A stretch of 52,754 bases of DNA, from the IMG/VR virus record IMGVR_UViG_3300020450_000032, positions 1-52,754 of that record; one strand, given 5' to 3'. Source of the stretch: a virus. Lineage: Duplodnaviria > Caudoviricetes. Of this stretch, positions 38,328 through 49,077 are shown one piece after another. The notes beneath the pieces are model-generated. The model had not been told where the DNA came from. It did no database searches and saw only the letters and a list, made by a program, of their open reading frames with translations. A program made the translations under genes and the position numbers. How positions within the stretch are numbered: position 1 is the stretch's first letter; every line of letters begins with the position of its first letter.

Positions 38328-40744
38328 ACCTTATTCATCATAAGATAAAAAGTTTCTCCGTTTATGAGTATCTTTAATTTATATGATGTAGGATTTGATT
38401 CACTAACTACAAAATTATCTCCTAAAGTTTGTACTGGAGTACCAGTATTAGGATCTGAATAACTAAACCTATTTGATGGTGTACCAATATCTAATCCTAT
38501 TTCTGTTGTCCATACTAAATCATTGATAGTAACATTTAATGATTCTGTTTTTAACTCACTGTTAGGAGTATTTGCTGACCAAGGGTTAAAATCACTAGAA
38601 AATGATCTTGTCTTATTAGCATAATCAGACGCTAGTGGGTTAGTTATTTGTGATAATGAACTACTAATGTATATTCCTGGTGATAGATCAGTAAGTAAAT
38701 CTGTTTGTGTTAAGTTTAATTGATCAGGGTCAAATGATGTAATAAATCCATTAAACTTAATCTCTTTCATATAATATAAGTTTCTATCAATTCTATATTT
38801 GGTAGTTCTAAGATAAAGTGATTCATCAACATTATCAGTTACTCTAGCAAGTGTTGATGCATATCCATCTGTAGTTACAGAACCATATGTAAATGCATCT
38901 TGATTTGCAGAATAAGTGCTTTGACCATCATCTATAATTTCTGGTGACTCTAAATTTTGAATGTTGGTTAATGTTAAAGAGTCATCTCTTTTGAATACTA
39001 AATCAGGTATTAATGTTAATGTTGGTACAGTTGTATTAGTATATTGTGTGCTTTCAGATGAATATAAAGTATAAGATGTAGAGAATAAGACCATCTCTTT
39101 CAAAGATTCTACTGAAGATCTAGGGTTAGTTCTAATATAAAATTTACCCTTTCCATCTGAATCAAACACACCATATTCTGAGTTTTTATTAAATACTGGT
39201 ACACCAATAGCAGGATTTAACGTTGGATTATTACCAAAATCATTGCCAGGTACAAATCCAAATCCACTAGCAACTATCTTCACAAAATAATTGTTCTGTG
39301 TTCCATCAAATACAACAAATTTATCTACAATTCTATATTCTGTTGTACCAAGAGCACCAATATCTGATTTTAATACACCTATACTAGTATTAATATAATC
39401 TGACTCTGAGGTTGTGCATGTTTGTATAGTTCCATATTTATCAAAATTATCATATATATTTTTCCATTCTTGTCCTACATACTCTTCAATAAAAAAGTAT
39501 GGTGGGTCATAATCTGCTAAAACCTTATCATTAATTTCAGTAATAGAACCTGGACTAGCAGGTATTTTACATGTAACACTAATTGCATGTTTAAGTGTAG
39601 AACTATATGTTTGTCTTCCAGATGCTAATTGTACTGCAGTACGTCTTTCATAAATTGATTTTGGTGTGGTAGTACTACTTACATAAGAATTTAATAAAGA
39701 TACATCAACAGCATTAGCATCACCAGTGCCATCTAAATCTAATACAGATGGTGCTAATCCATCAATATATCTGTATATTGCTGCTCCTGATTGTCTAATA
39801 GATCCTGCATTTACTGGATTATTCTGAATATATGATATAAATGCATTTTCATCATCACCATTAATATACATTTGAATATATGTTTTATCTTGTGCAGTAA
39901 TACTACCATCACCATCAATATCATATAATTCTAAATTATTATTAATCTTTTCCTGTACAGTTATTTGTCTATTAATATCATATGCTAATGTTCCTGAGTT
40001 ATTTGGCACTCCCCAAATATTTCTATTAGATGATGCTTGTTGTACTTGAAAAGTTCCATCTAATGTTGTACTGACATTATCAAATGTAACTCGTAATTGC
40101 CTTGTATCAAGATCCTCTATAGGCCAAGCAAAATTTCCTACTGCTGTTGCTTCCCAAGGAAATGCTGTTATTCTAAGAACAAATCCAACACCATCACCAC
40201 CACTACCATCACCAATTAATAATTTATTACCAAATGAATATCCATTTCCATTATCTACTACTTGCACAGATGATATTGTACCATCTGATGCAACAACAAT
40301 ATTTAATTTAGCACCTGTTCCATCACCACCTGTTGTTGCAACATTATTATATGTGCCTGGTGTGTATCCTTCACCAATATCAAAGTTAAAATCATTAGCA
40401 CCTATTGGGTTAGATATAACAGCACCATCCTCATCAAATCCAATATAATTTGCAGTAAAATCTCTCAACAAATTAACTGGTTCAATAAAAACAAAATCAT
40501 CATCAGTATATGTGTAATTGGTATCCCAACAAAATTGTGTACCACTTTTTAATGATGCTATTGATTGATTAATCTCTGTTGTATTTTTAAATCTATTCCA
40601 AACTAATTTTGATTTCTCTGAAGAAAGACCAGCAAATACTCTCAGGTCAGCATCAACAGTACCACCTGCTAAGTTCTGAATAACTTTAGAACCATCAGTT
40701 ATTTCGTCTAAATTAAGTGTTCTTACAAAACCTTGGTTTACCAT
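38324..40744 (-). CDS. Virion/fibre-type protein with dockerin-like Ca-binding pair
   Basis: 806 aa; G-GY-PGTY-NV-TTGG-GTGA...G-GY structural repeat; two DxDGxG loops. Confidence 0.75.
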   Translation of the reverse strand: MVNQGFVRTLNLDEITDGSKVIQNLAGGTVDADLRVFAGLSSEKSKLVWNRFKNTTEINQSIASLKSGTQFCWDTNYTYTDDDFVFIEPVNLLRDFTANYIGFDEDGAVISNPIGANDFNFDIGEGYTPGTYNNVATTGGDGTGAKLNIVVASDGTISSVQVVDNGNGYSFGNKLLIGDGSGGDGVGFVLRITAFPWEATAVGNFAWPIEDLDTRQLRVTFDNVSTTLDGTFQVQQASSNRNIWGVPNNSGTLAYDINRQITVQEKINNNLELYDIDGDGSITAQDKTYIQMYINGDDENAFISYIQNNPVNAGSIRQSGAAIYRYIDGLAPSVLDLDGTGDANAVDVSLLNSYVSSTTTPKSIYERRTAVQLASGRQTYSSTLKHAISVTCKIPASPGSITEINDKVLADYDPPYFFIEEYVGQEWKNIYDNFDKYGTIQTCTTSESDYINTSIGVLKSDIGALGTTEYRIVDKFVVFDGTQNNYFVKIVASGFGFVPGNDFGNNPTLNPAIGVPVFNKNSEYGVFDSDGKGKFYIRTNPRSSVESLKEMVLFSTSYTLYSSESTQYTNTTVPTLTLIPDLVFKRDDSLTLTNIQNLESPEIIDDGQSTYSANQDAFTYGSVTTDGYASTLARVTDNVDESLYLRTTKYRIDRNLYYMKEIKFNGFITSFDPDQLNLTQTDLLTDLSPGIYISSSLSQITNPLASDYANKTRSFSSDFNPWSANTPNSELKTESLNVTINDLVWTTEIGLDIGTPSNRFSYSDPNTGTPVQTLGDNFVVSESNPTSYKLKILINGETFYLMMNKV

Positions 40745-43700
40745 TAATCTGTCCTAACTGTCCAACCTCTTGCTGTAAGATAAGTTACCAATGTAACACC
40801 ACCTTCTATTTCAGTCCTAAAACCAAATACAGTTTTCCATCTTTCAATTCTTAATTGAGAGTTGTGTGGTGGATATTGTGTAACATTACCAGGACTATTA
40901 CCTAAAAATGTAATAGTATCAGTTGCATAATCAATAGATATCGTATCACTATTTAGTTCTACATTGTTTAAATATACTCTTGTTTCATACTGTGTTCCAA
41001 CAGATTGTGTTCCTACTAAATCGTTCCTTAAATTTATTTGAACTTCATGCTCAGGAGCTCTTGTACCTGTTCCAATAGATCCAAATATATACTCAGCATC
41101 TAATGGATTTGGGATAAAGGTTGTTGTAGTAGTTGTTACATCATCACTAGGATCATCAGGAGTATTATTAGGATCTGTAGTTACTGTATTTGTAACTACA
41201 GTTCCATTATCAAGATATTGTGATTGATTTACAGTTATAGTTTGTGATACATCTAACGAAGTGTTTACTGTAGGAACTTGTACCAACACAACTGTTGGAG
41301 ATGAGTTTTCTTTTAAATTGACTATTACACCACTACGAGGTGCATTATTGTAATTAGAAATTAAATCAGTTAAAATAGTATCAATTGCAGATGAATTAAA
41401 ATTATTATTAGATAGATCTAAAACTCTTAATCTAGTAGCACCTGCAAATGTTCCTGCAATATAATTTGTAAAATTACAATTATTTAATGCTAAATTTCTA
41501 ATATTAGGAGATCCAACACCAAAGTTTGGTAAATCAGGACCTAAATTAGGGTTACTAGAAACAGAAAGATATTCTAATTTTGGTAGTGATGACCATCCAG
41601 TAATAGCATCTAATTGATTGGATGATATATAAAATTCTTCTAATTGAGGTAAATTAGTTAATGCTAAATTACCACTAAAAGCATTATCTCTCAAATCTAC
41701 ATATTTAATATTTGGATTACCTGCAAATGATGGACAAGTTGTTCCTCCTGTTACATCTAATCCCCATCCTGTAGAATATGATCTTAAATCAGATAATGAT
41801 GGTGCTTGAGAAGGATCAAAAAATTCACCTCTAATTCTTTTCTCTGGACATAGTATTTCTAAAATACTTAATAAAGGTAAATTAAATGTAGAACCTTCAA
41901 ATGATGCTTTACTAAATGTTTGAGTTGCAGAATCATACTCACCTATATTTCGACCAAGCACATTACTCTGTATTCTAATTGTGTTTATGTTTTGAGCATC
42001 CTCAAATGTATCATTCCACATAATATATCTTCTACCATGCAAGTTATTATTTTCTGATAGATTTGCAGGTCTACCACCTTCTATACTTGTACCACGTAAA
42101 TCAATACTACTTAAACTACTATTACCAACCAATTTAGGGAAAAATCCATCCATTGCTGAGGAATAAAATGAGAATGAACTTAATCCTGTACATCCTTTAA
42201 ATACATAAGTTCCAAAATCTGTAGGATTCTTAGTTGTATAAAAGTGATTATTAGCACCTGACCAGTTACCATCACCTGTACCAGTATCTTTTATTGGAGC
42301 ACCAGGTCTAGTAGGAAATCTTGAGTAAGAACAATTAACACTATTTAAAGTAGTTTTATCTTGTAATCCTTTTGGTATTTCTAAACCTGTATCACCAATG
42401 TTAATAGCACTAATTTTAGTCATTCTACTAAAATCAGGTTGTCCACTTAAATTATCATTATCATATACATTAAAAGAAGTTAAATCACTGTCTTCACCAA
42501 CGTCTAAGTAATCTGCTGGAAACATAAACTCATCTGATAATAATCTAAAACCATTATATGAAACATTATAACTTACAATATTTTTAATATTGACTCTAGG
42601 AGTTTGTTCTACTCCATTAACATAAGAATATGGTGATGAATAATTAACATATTTTGAATTAGATGTTTGATATAAAACTTGAGTACCGACTCTATTAAGA
42701 GTTATATTTCGTAACTCAGGAGTTCTAGTCCTAAAATCTAATGGTCTTAATATACCAGTTTTACCAATTAAATCAAGATATGATGATTGATTTGTCTCAT
42801 CAATTAAAACTCCATTTACTTTAACTTCTGGTTCATCTACATATACATATTTCTCATCTCCTGATTGGAATTTATCATAAAATATACCTTTAACTGTCAT
42901 ACCATTTTTTAAACTATCAAATGGATATGTTTGTTTTGCTTTTGGATCACATTTTATATAAAGAAAATCATTTGGATTGGATATAAACTTATCAACAATA
43001 ACTAGTGATTGATCTGCAGTTAAAAATGTTGTATTCTCTCTATATGTTCCACTTATATTAATTGATTGTGTATCGCTTGGTAATCTTTCTACAATATTTG
43101 TGCCAAGATACTGTAGATCCTCTTCTTCAGATAAGTATAATGGGTTCTCGTGTATTTCTATATTTCTTAATGTTTGTACAGGTGCACTATAATTACTTGC
43201 ACCATCACTTAAACTTTGTTGATATTCTAGAGGAGTTCCTCCACCTGGCACATTACCTTTAAAATAAGTATAATTAATTGTCCTCCAATCAGGCATTTCA
43301 CCTAATAAATTACCTTGTACCTTTATAGTTACTAAATTTAAAAATTTAGCAGAAGGAAGATATCTAAGATTAATACCAACTCCAACTATTTCAGTAATAT
43401 TGCCTGGTGGAAAATATACTTTAACATCTCTTTCTTTATATGATTGAGCACTAAATCTTAATCTACTAAAATTTCCAGATGCAGTAGGTTTTGATGTTAA
43501 TTCTGGTTCAGAATCATCAGTTGCTTTTACCGTATATATGGGTGATTGTGTTGCACCATTAGCATCAAACGGATTGAATCTAAAATCCATTGCAATGGAT
43601 TTAAATGCAGTAGTAAATGTAAATGGTATACCACGCATTGTAAACAAGTATTGTGGTGTTCCATTAACATTCAATTCAATTATATCTGTAGGAACTTCAG

Positions 43701-44280
43701 TTGGAAATCTAATAGGTTCTGGTGTATCTAATACATTAAGTAAACACTCACTAACTGTAGGTGTAAATCCAGAATTTTGACCTATTTTTAAATCACCTTT
43801 TACTTGAACTGATCCACCATATGATATTGCTTGTGTTAAATTAGTTTCATCACTAGTAGCACTACTCCATGAACTCACTCGTGATGTTGATATATCACCA
43901 AATTTAAGATTACTAGCATTTTGATTAACACCACCATCATTAGGAATATATTTGTATCTTACTGCACCTCCAGAAACAGGACCAAATGCTTCTAAATTAC
44001 CTTTAGTTGGATAATTATAACCTGCTAAATTATCTACTAAACCTTTATATCTACTAGTATCTGCACTTAATCTATCAAGATACCTAGTCAAATTAACATC
44101 AAGACCAGATACATTTTGAAGATCTACCTTATCAATGCTACCAGAGATACCTCTAATAACATCAAGATCTCTTAAATCTAATCCTAGATTTTGTAAAGAA
44201 GTCGTTTTTGACTCAATATCAGAAAAATTAAATGATACTTTGAGTCCAAATAATACTTTATTGGTTACTGTTGTTGACAT
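40744..44280 (-). CDS. Leucine-rich-repeat virion/fibre-type protein
   Basis: 1178 aa; several LxxLxLxxNxL units (LEEFYISSNQL, LEYLSVSSNPNL, IRNLALNNCNF, LRVLDLSNNNF). Confidence 0.8.
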   Translation of the reverse strand: MSTTVTNKVLFGLKVSFNFSDIESKTTSLQNLGLDLRDLDVIRGISGSIDKVDLQNVSGLDVNLTRYLDRLSADTSRYKGLVDNLAGYNYPTKGNLEAFGPVSGGAVRYKYIPNDGGVNQNASNLKFGDISTSRVSSWSSATSDETNLTQAISYGGSVQVKGDLKIGQNSGFTPTVSECLLNVLDTPEPIRFPTEVPTDIIELNVNGTPQYLFTMRGIPFTFTTAFKSIAMDFRFNPFDANGATQSPIYTVKATDDSEPELTSKPTASGNFSRLRFSAQSYKERDVKVYFPPGNITEIVGVGINLRYLPSAKFLNLVTIKVQGNLLGEMPDWRTINYTYFKGNVPGGGTPLEYQQSLSDGASNYSAPVQTLRNIEIHENPLYLSEEEDLQYLGTNIVERLPSDTQSINISGTYRENTTFLTADQSLVIVDKFISNPNDFLYIKCDPKAKQTYPFDSLKNGMTVKGIFYDKFQSGDEKYVYVDEPEVKVNGVLIDETNQSSYLDLIGKTGILRPLDFRTRTPELRNITLNRVGTQVLYQTSNSKYVNYSSPYSYVNGVEQTPRVNIKNIVSYNVSYNGFRLLSDEFMFPADYLDVGEDSDLTSFNVYDNDNLSGQPDFSRMTKISAINIGDTGLEIPKGLQDKTTLNSVNCSYSRFPTRPGAPIKDTGTGDGNWSGANNHFYTTKNPTDFGTYVFKGCTGLSSFSFYSSAMDGFFPKLVGNSSLSSIDLRGTSIEGGRPANLSENNNLHGRRYIMWNDTFEDAQNINTIRIQSNVLGRNIGEYDSATQTFSKASFEGSTFNLPLLSILEILCPEKRIRGEFFDPSQAPSLSDLRSYSTGWGLDVTGGTTCPSFAGNPNIKYVDLRDNAFSGNLALTNLPQLEEFYISSNQLDAITGWSSLPKLEYLSVSSNPNLGPDLPNFGVGSPNIRNLALNNCNFTNYIAGTFAGATRLRVLDLSNNNFNSSAIDTILTDLISNYNNAPRSGVIVNLKENSSPTVVLVQVPTVNTSLDVSQTITVNQSQYLDNGTVVTNTVTTDPNNTPDDPSDDVTTTTTTFIPNPLDAEYIFGSIGTGTRAPEHEVQINLRNDLVGTQSVGTQYETRVYLNNVELNSDTISIDYATDTITFLGNSPGNVTQYPPHNSQLRIERWKTVFGFRTEIEGGVTLVTYLTARGWTVRTD

Positions 44281-44281
44281 G

Positions 44282-47200
44282 TTATAGTTGTTCTACGTAA
44301 GTGATATTCATAGTTACATCAATACTAGTATTGTCTAGTGATCTCCCTGTTATAAACACTGCCTCAGTATTAACTATATCAGGAGTAATAACCTTTCTAT
44401 CAAATCCAAAAATGTCACTCAAATCAAACATTTTTGTCTCATCATTAATATATAGAGTCGTCATTGTTTGTCCTGGTCTTAACAATGACTCTGATTGTCT
44501 ATCAATTTGAGATGAGGATAATCTATCTACTTGTGTAAATGCAGGTGGAGTTAATTCATCTGCAATACCTGGTGTTTGATTTATATTACCAACACCATCA
44601 ATATTTAATTCACCTGTTTGAGCGTTAGCACCAGCATCATATACACCAGTATCCACACCATCAATTTGATTTATTTTCCACTGTGGATTCATAGTTGATA
44701 TATCACCTAATAAATTAACATCATGTATTTCTGCACCTCTGATCTCTGAATTATCATACATCTCTATGAATGGATATAATGGAAATGCATCAAATTCAAA
44801 TACTCCTGTTGATAAAGGAGCACTAGTATAACTGTTAGGTGTATCATATCTACCATCTCTATTTGGATCAGAGAACCATGCTCTCATAGTTACACTGTTG
44901 TATCCAATATTAAATGGATCAGATATTGATGCAGCAATTGAAATTGTACCAGCAGCATCTAAGAAAGAATTTGCTAAACTTGCACCAGTTACTTCGGTAC
45001 CATCACTTGCTTTAAATAATTTAATAGGTATAACATTAAATGTAATTATCTGTGAACCTTGACCAGTAGAAACTTGATCAACAAATGTTTCTCCCCTACC
45101 TCCAAATCTTATAACACACTCAGTTAATGTTCCACTAATATCTACATATATTATTTTGTTAAACACATTATTAAATCTAATTGCTAATTGACCACCTTCT
45201 GGACTTTTACTTCCAGAATATATTGTTGCTTGTGATTGTATATACAAATCACTTGCTGTTAAATAACTATTTACTTCTGTTGTTGTAGAAAAATTAGTCC
45301 ATCTTGGATAAGTTCCAGAATTACTAACACCATAACTACTTAATGTTGTTGTATTAGTTTCTGTTACTTCAACAGCAGTAGGATCATTCTTTTCTAATAT
45401 TAACTCTGAACATGTACCACTGTAACTACCTTTTGGATTAGGTATTCTAAAATCTTGAGTAAACGGATGTATTCTTGCAAACCAATCTTCACCTTGCTCT
45501 AATCCTGTAAAACTTATTGATTGATTATATTGATGATAATCTAAAGCAACATATTGACTTTCTGACAATGAAACTACATTTCTAGTATTAAGACCCTCTG
45601 TTTCAACTAGAAAATTTTGGAAGTTTGTAGTAGCATCTTTCCATCCAATTAATTTTCCTTGATTATCAAATTCTGGTCTATTAGGAGTAAATCCCATTCT
45701 CCAATTACATCTTTGTCCTGTAGATTCTGTTGGTATTGGATTTAAAAACTTAATAAAAGATATAGGTCCTGTTACTGCATTAGGTGATCCTACAATACAG
45801 TTTCTTTGTGAAAATCTAACATCAAATGTTTCAGTACTAGGATTACCAAAGAAATCTGCTGGTGGAAAAGGTACTGTATCCTGATTAGCAATAATTTTAG
45901 ATGGATCTAATCTTCTCTCATATTCTAAATTATATCTATCACCTTGTTTATACATTACTAAATCAGATGTCTCATTATATGTTCCTGTATAACTTTCACC
46001 AATGTAAGTATTCCATAATTTAGGATAAATTAATTTAGCATAAGTATCTCCCTTAACCTGATTGTATGTTATTACATCAGTGCTATTTGTGTTTAAAAAG
46101 GTTGGTTGAAATGTTAATACTGTGTTATCTGGTATTCCATTTCCAGCAGCATCACCTTGTGGTCCTATAAGAACTAAATCAAAATTATTTCCATTAGCAG
46201 TAATGGATAAAATACGTGACTGTATTACATTATTACCAATATCTTCAAGTAAGTAATCACCAGATCTTAGATAATTAACATTATCAGCAGTTACAGTAAC
46301 AGTAGTTGATTGATCTGCAGTAACAGTTGCTGTTGTTGCAGTAATTGTTGCTAAAGTTATTTCCGTTGATTCTCCTGTGGTAGGTAATTTCTTTACCTTA
46401 CGTATAATACCATTTTGATTTGCCTTTACATTAGGCATATACACAAATCCATTACCTCTACATGCTGTACATTTAGTGAAGTTAAGTTCACAGAATCCGT
46501 CTGCAGTAATTGAAACTTGCTTAGGTATTATAATTTTCTTATTAGGTATAGCAACACCACCACCACTAACAATACTAGTTTTAGGATATATACCCATTAA
46601 TGTTGTATATGCTCCACTAGATGATAATGCTTTAGTGTCTGATGTTTCAGAATATACATTGACAGTACCTTCATCACCACCATCAATATACATTGATGTA
46701 CCATACTTATATAATACTTGTGGTGATTGTAAATCTGGTGCTTGTCCGTCACCTATTCTAACCTCATATTTAAATCTAAAGAATGGATCACCCATGGATG
46801 GTACATCCAATTTATTTTCAATGACAAATGTATGAACCACAACCCATCTTGCTTTACCATGCTCAACTGGAATATATGCATACATTCTTAATCCAATAGC
46901 ACCATACCAACCAAACTCAATCTTATACATGGTAATCTCATCTGTATTCAATAGATAACCACTAGGTCCGTTACCATTTAAACTATCACCATTAAACTTC
47001 TCTTTACCTAATTTTACTTCTTGTATAGTGTAATTTTTACCTGATATAGTTTTCTGATATGTTCTAACAAAACTAGGATCAATATTTCCCTCTTCATCTG
47101 CTACACCTAATTCCTGTAACATATTAACATCATATGCTATGTTAGATCTTCTTACAATAAAGAAGTTAGCACCTTCTCTTCTAAATACATATTCATCAAA

Positions 47201-49075
47201 ATCATTAAATATTCCCCACTCTCCATAGTTAGAACCTTCTGTTTTATCCATGAATGCTCTAGTACCATAAGTATACCCACTAATACGTCCTGGTTGGTAC
47301 CTAAATGCCTGTCTGGACTGCAGTAAAGCATACTGACCCCCAACTGCACCATAACCAGGTACAAAGTCATCTATGTTAGGTGTACTACCGTCTTGTGATG
47401 CACTATTGATAATTGCATTTAACCAATCCTCTTCAAATGGATTAAAAAATGTTGTATTGCCATTAGCATTAGATTGTGTTGCAACACTACCTGCACCTAA
47501 TCTTAAATCTTTTCCTGTTCCTCTTAAAGGTAAACCAGTAATTGTAAATGTGCCTTCTGGATCATATACTATTTCATTATTAGGATCAGATGGATCTAAT
47601 GTACACTTAACCTCAAGAATAGAAAGTAACTGTAATGAATCTGCAAACGTTAAGAAATCACCTGTTATAGGATTTACTAATACATTACCTTTAACAAGAT
47701 TTTGATATGTTCTTGTCCAAATATCTATTTTTAAATAATATCTATCTGAACTATTATTATAGTTTATTCCACCATAATATGTTGAGTCATCCCAAAGAGT
47801 AAGTGCAGGTAAGAATCTACTTAGTAAATTATCATATTTTACATAATTTGATGATTCATTATCTGATTTTGGTTCACCATCTCTTTTTATCAAATAATAT
47901 TCATATAATGCTTTACCTAATTTTAAAAAATTCTGCCATTTAACCCATGCTGCAGCATTATATAATCCTAAAGTATCATTACCATTAGAATCGAAACTTT
48001 GTGTTAATGGTGGATATGGAAAACCATATGGAACAGGATATGTAGATATTCTTAATGCTCCTTCATTCTTCTCTTCTGTAATAGTTGTTGGGTATCGACG
48101 TGTTCCTTCCTCTGTTAATCTAAGAGACCATTCATTTGGTCCTGTTGCAGGATTATCTTGGAAAAATACAAATTCATCACTATTAAATCCATATGTAGAT
48201 ACATTAGAAAATAATGATAACTGTGTTTCTGCTCTATCAATACCTAGTAATGTACTACTAACCTCAGAGGTAGACGCAAATACCTCTTCTACTTTTAATG
48301 TTCCACTTCTTTCTTTAATAATTAATCGTCTAAGATATGTAAAGAGACGACTACTACTATCATTTGATGGATCTTGTCCTATATTAAATTGTATTTCAAA
48401 ATTTCCACTTTCATTATCGTCAACGTAATCATATATTATAGCTCCAGTACCATCTCTTTTAACACTCTTACCTGCAACTGGAGGTATTTCATGCACACTA
48501 TCAACTATAAATGTTTCAAATGTATTACCATCTGGTGCAGTTGGTCGTGCAGGAAGATTATAAATGGGTCCAGTTTTACCTTCACTTACTACTTTTCTAT
48601 ACTCAGTATCTGGTATATTTTCAGTTACTAATGAACCTGATGCTATTTGTATTCTAGCACCCTTTGATATTGCTTGCCATGTAGGATCTGGATTTTTAAT
48701 CTTAACATGTGCAGATTGTTTAAACAATGCAACATTACCTAAATTATCAGTTCTACTAGAATCTGCTTTGTTTACAATAAATTCATTACCAAAAACTGCC
48801 GTGAAGAAATTATTTACAGTTCTAGTTTCAGTTGGCATTACAACTGACACTGCTTTCTCTGAGGTTAATTCACTAGTAACAAAACCCTCTATTTCACTAA
48901 TAAGTTCATTACCAGCAGCATCTGTTAATTGAGAACCCTCAACATCTTGAAGAACAACTGCTAGATCTCTCTTAGCAGCTGCTCTTTTATCGTATCCAAT
49001 TTTAACATCAAGCGAATTGCCTTTTAGAGTTTCACCTGATGAAGATTGCTCTTGATCAACGTTGTAATCTGGCAC
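44282..49075 (-). CDS. Giant structural/fibre-type protein, paralogue A
   Basis: About 1600 aa; FRYQPGRISG, MYKIEFGWYGAIG and KYG-S-YIDGGD motifs; GTG start at 49075 after GGAGG preferred to the track's TTG. Confidence 0.8.
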   Translation of the reverse strand: MPDYNVDQEQSSSGETLKGNSLDVKIGYDKRAAAKRDLAVVLQDVEGSQLTDAAGNELISEIEGFVTSELTSEKAVSVVMPTETRTVNNFFTAVFGNEFIVNKADSSRTDNLGNVALFKQSAHVKIKNPDPTWQAISKGARIQIASGSLVTENIPDTEYRKVVSEGKTGPIYNLPARPTAPDGNTFETFIVDSVHEIPPVAGKSVKRDGTGAIIYDYVDDNESGNFEIQFNIGQDPSNDSSSRLFTYLRRLIIKERSGTLKVEEVFASTSEVSSTLLGIDRAETQLSLFSNVSTYGFNSDEFVFFQDNPATGPNEWSLRLTEEGTRRYPTTITEEKNEGALRISTYPVPYGFPYPPLTQSFDSNGNDTLGLYNAAAWVKWQNFLKLGKALYEYYLIKRDGEPKSDNESSNYVKYDNLLSRFLPALTLWDDSTYYGGINYNNSSDRYYLKIDIWTRTYQNLVKGNVLVNPITGDFLTFADSLQLLSILEVKCTLDPSDPNNEIVYDPEGTFTITGLPLRGTGKDLRLGAGSVATQSNANGNTTFFNPFEEDWLNAIINSASQDGSTPNIDDFVPGYGAVGGQYALLQSRQAFRYQPGRISGYTYGTRAFMDKTEGSNYGEWGIFNDFDEYVFRREGANFFIVRRSNIAYDVNMLQELGVADEEGNIDPSFVRTYQKTISGKNYTIQEVKLGKEKFNGDSLNGNGPSGYLLNTDEITMYKIEFGWYGAIGLRMYAYIPVEHGKARWVVVHTFVIENKLDVPSMGDPFFRFKYEVRIGDGQAPDLQSPQVLYKYGTSMYIDGGDEGTVNVYSETSDTKALSSSGAYTTLMGIYPKTSIVSGGGVAIPNKKIIIPKQVSITADGFCELNFTKCTACRGNGFVYMPNVKANQNGIIRKVKKLPTTGESTEITLATITATTATVTADQSTTVTVTADNVNYLRSGDYLLEDIGNNVIQSRILSITANGNNFDLVLIGPQGDAAGNGIPDNTVLTFQPTFLNTNSTDVITYNQVKGDTYAKLIYPKLWNTYIGESYTGTYNETSDLVMYKQGDRYNLEYERRLDPSKIIANQDTVPFPPADFFGNPSTETFDVRFSQRNCIVGSPNAVTGPISFIKFLNPIPTESTGQRCNWRMGFTPNRPEFDNQGKLIGWKDATTNFQNFLVETEGLNTRNVVSLSESQYVALDYHQYNQSISFTGLEQGEDWFARIHPFTQDFRIPNPKGSYSGTCSELILEKNDPTAVEVTETNTTTLSSYGVSNSGTYPRWTNFSTTTEVNSYLTASDLYIQSQATIYSGSKSPEGGQLAIRFNNVFNKIIYVDISGTLTECVIRFGGRGETFVDQVSTGQGSQIITFNVIPIKLFKASDGTEVTGASLANSFLDAAGTISIAASISDPFNIGYNSVTMRAWFSDPNRDGRYDTPNSYTSAPLSTGVFEFDAFPLYPFIEMYDNSEIRGAEIHDVNLLGDISTMNPQWKINQIDGVDTGVYDAGANAQTGELNIDGVGNINQTPGIADELTPPAFTQVDRLSSSQIDRQSESLLRPGQTMTTLYINDETKMFDLSDIFGFDRKVITPDIVNTEAVFITGRSLDNTSIDVTMNITYVEQL

Positions 49076-49077
49076 AA

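Noticed and set aside
34100-38340. Invertase-driven invertible segment or diversity-generating retroelement
   Set aside because: No flanking inverted repeats, recombinase, reverse transcriptase or template/variable repeat pair seen by eye
41110-41200. Thr/Asp/Pro-rich tract in the LRR gene
   Set aside because: Low-complexity linker, not a DNA-level repeat element
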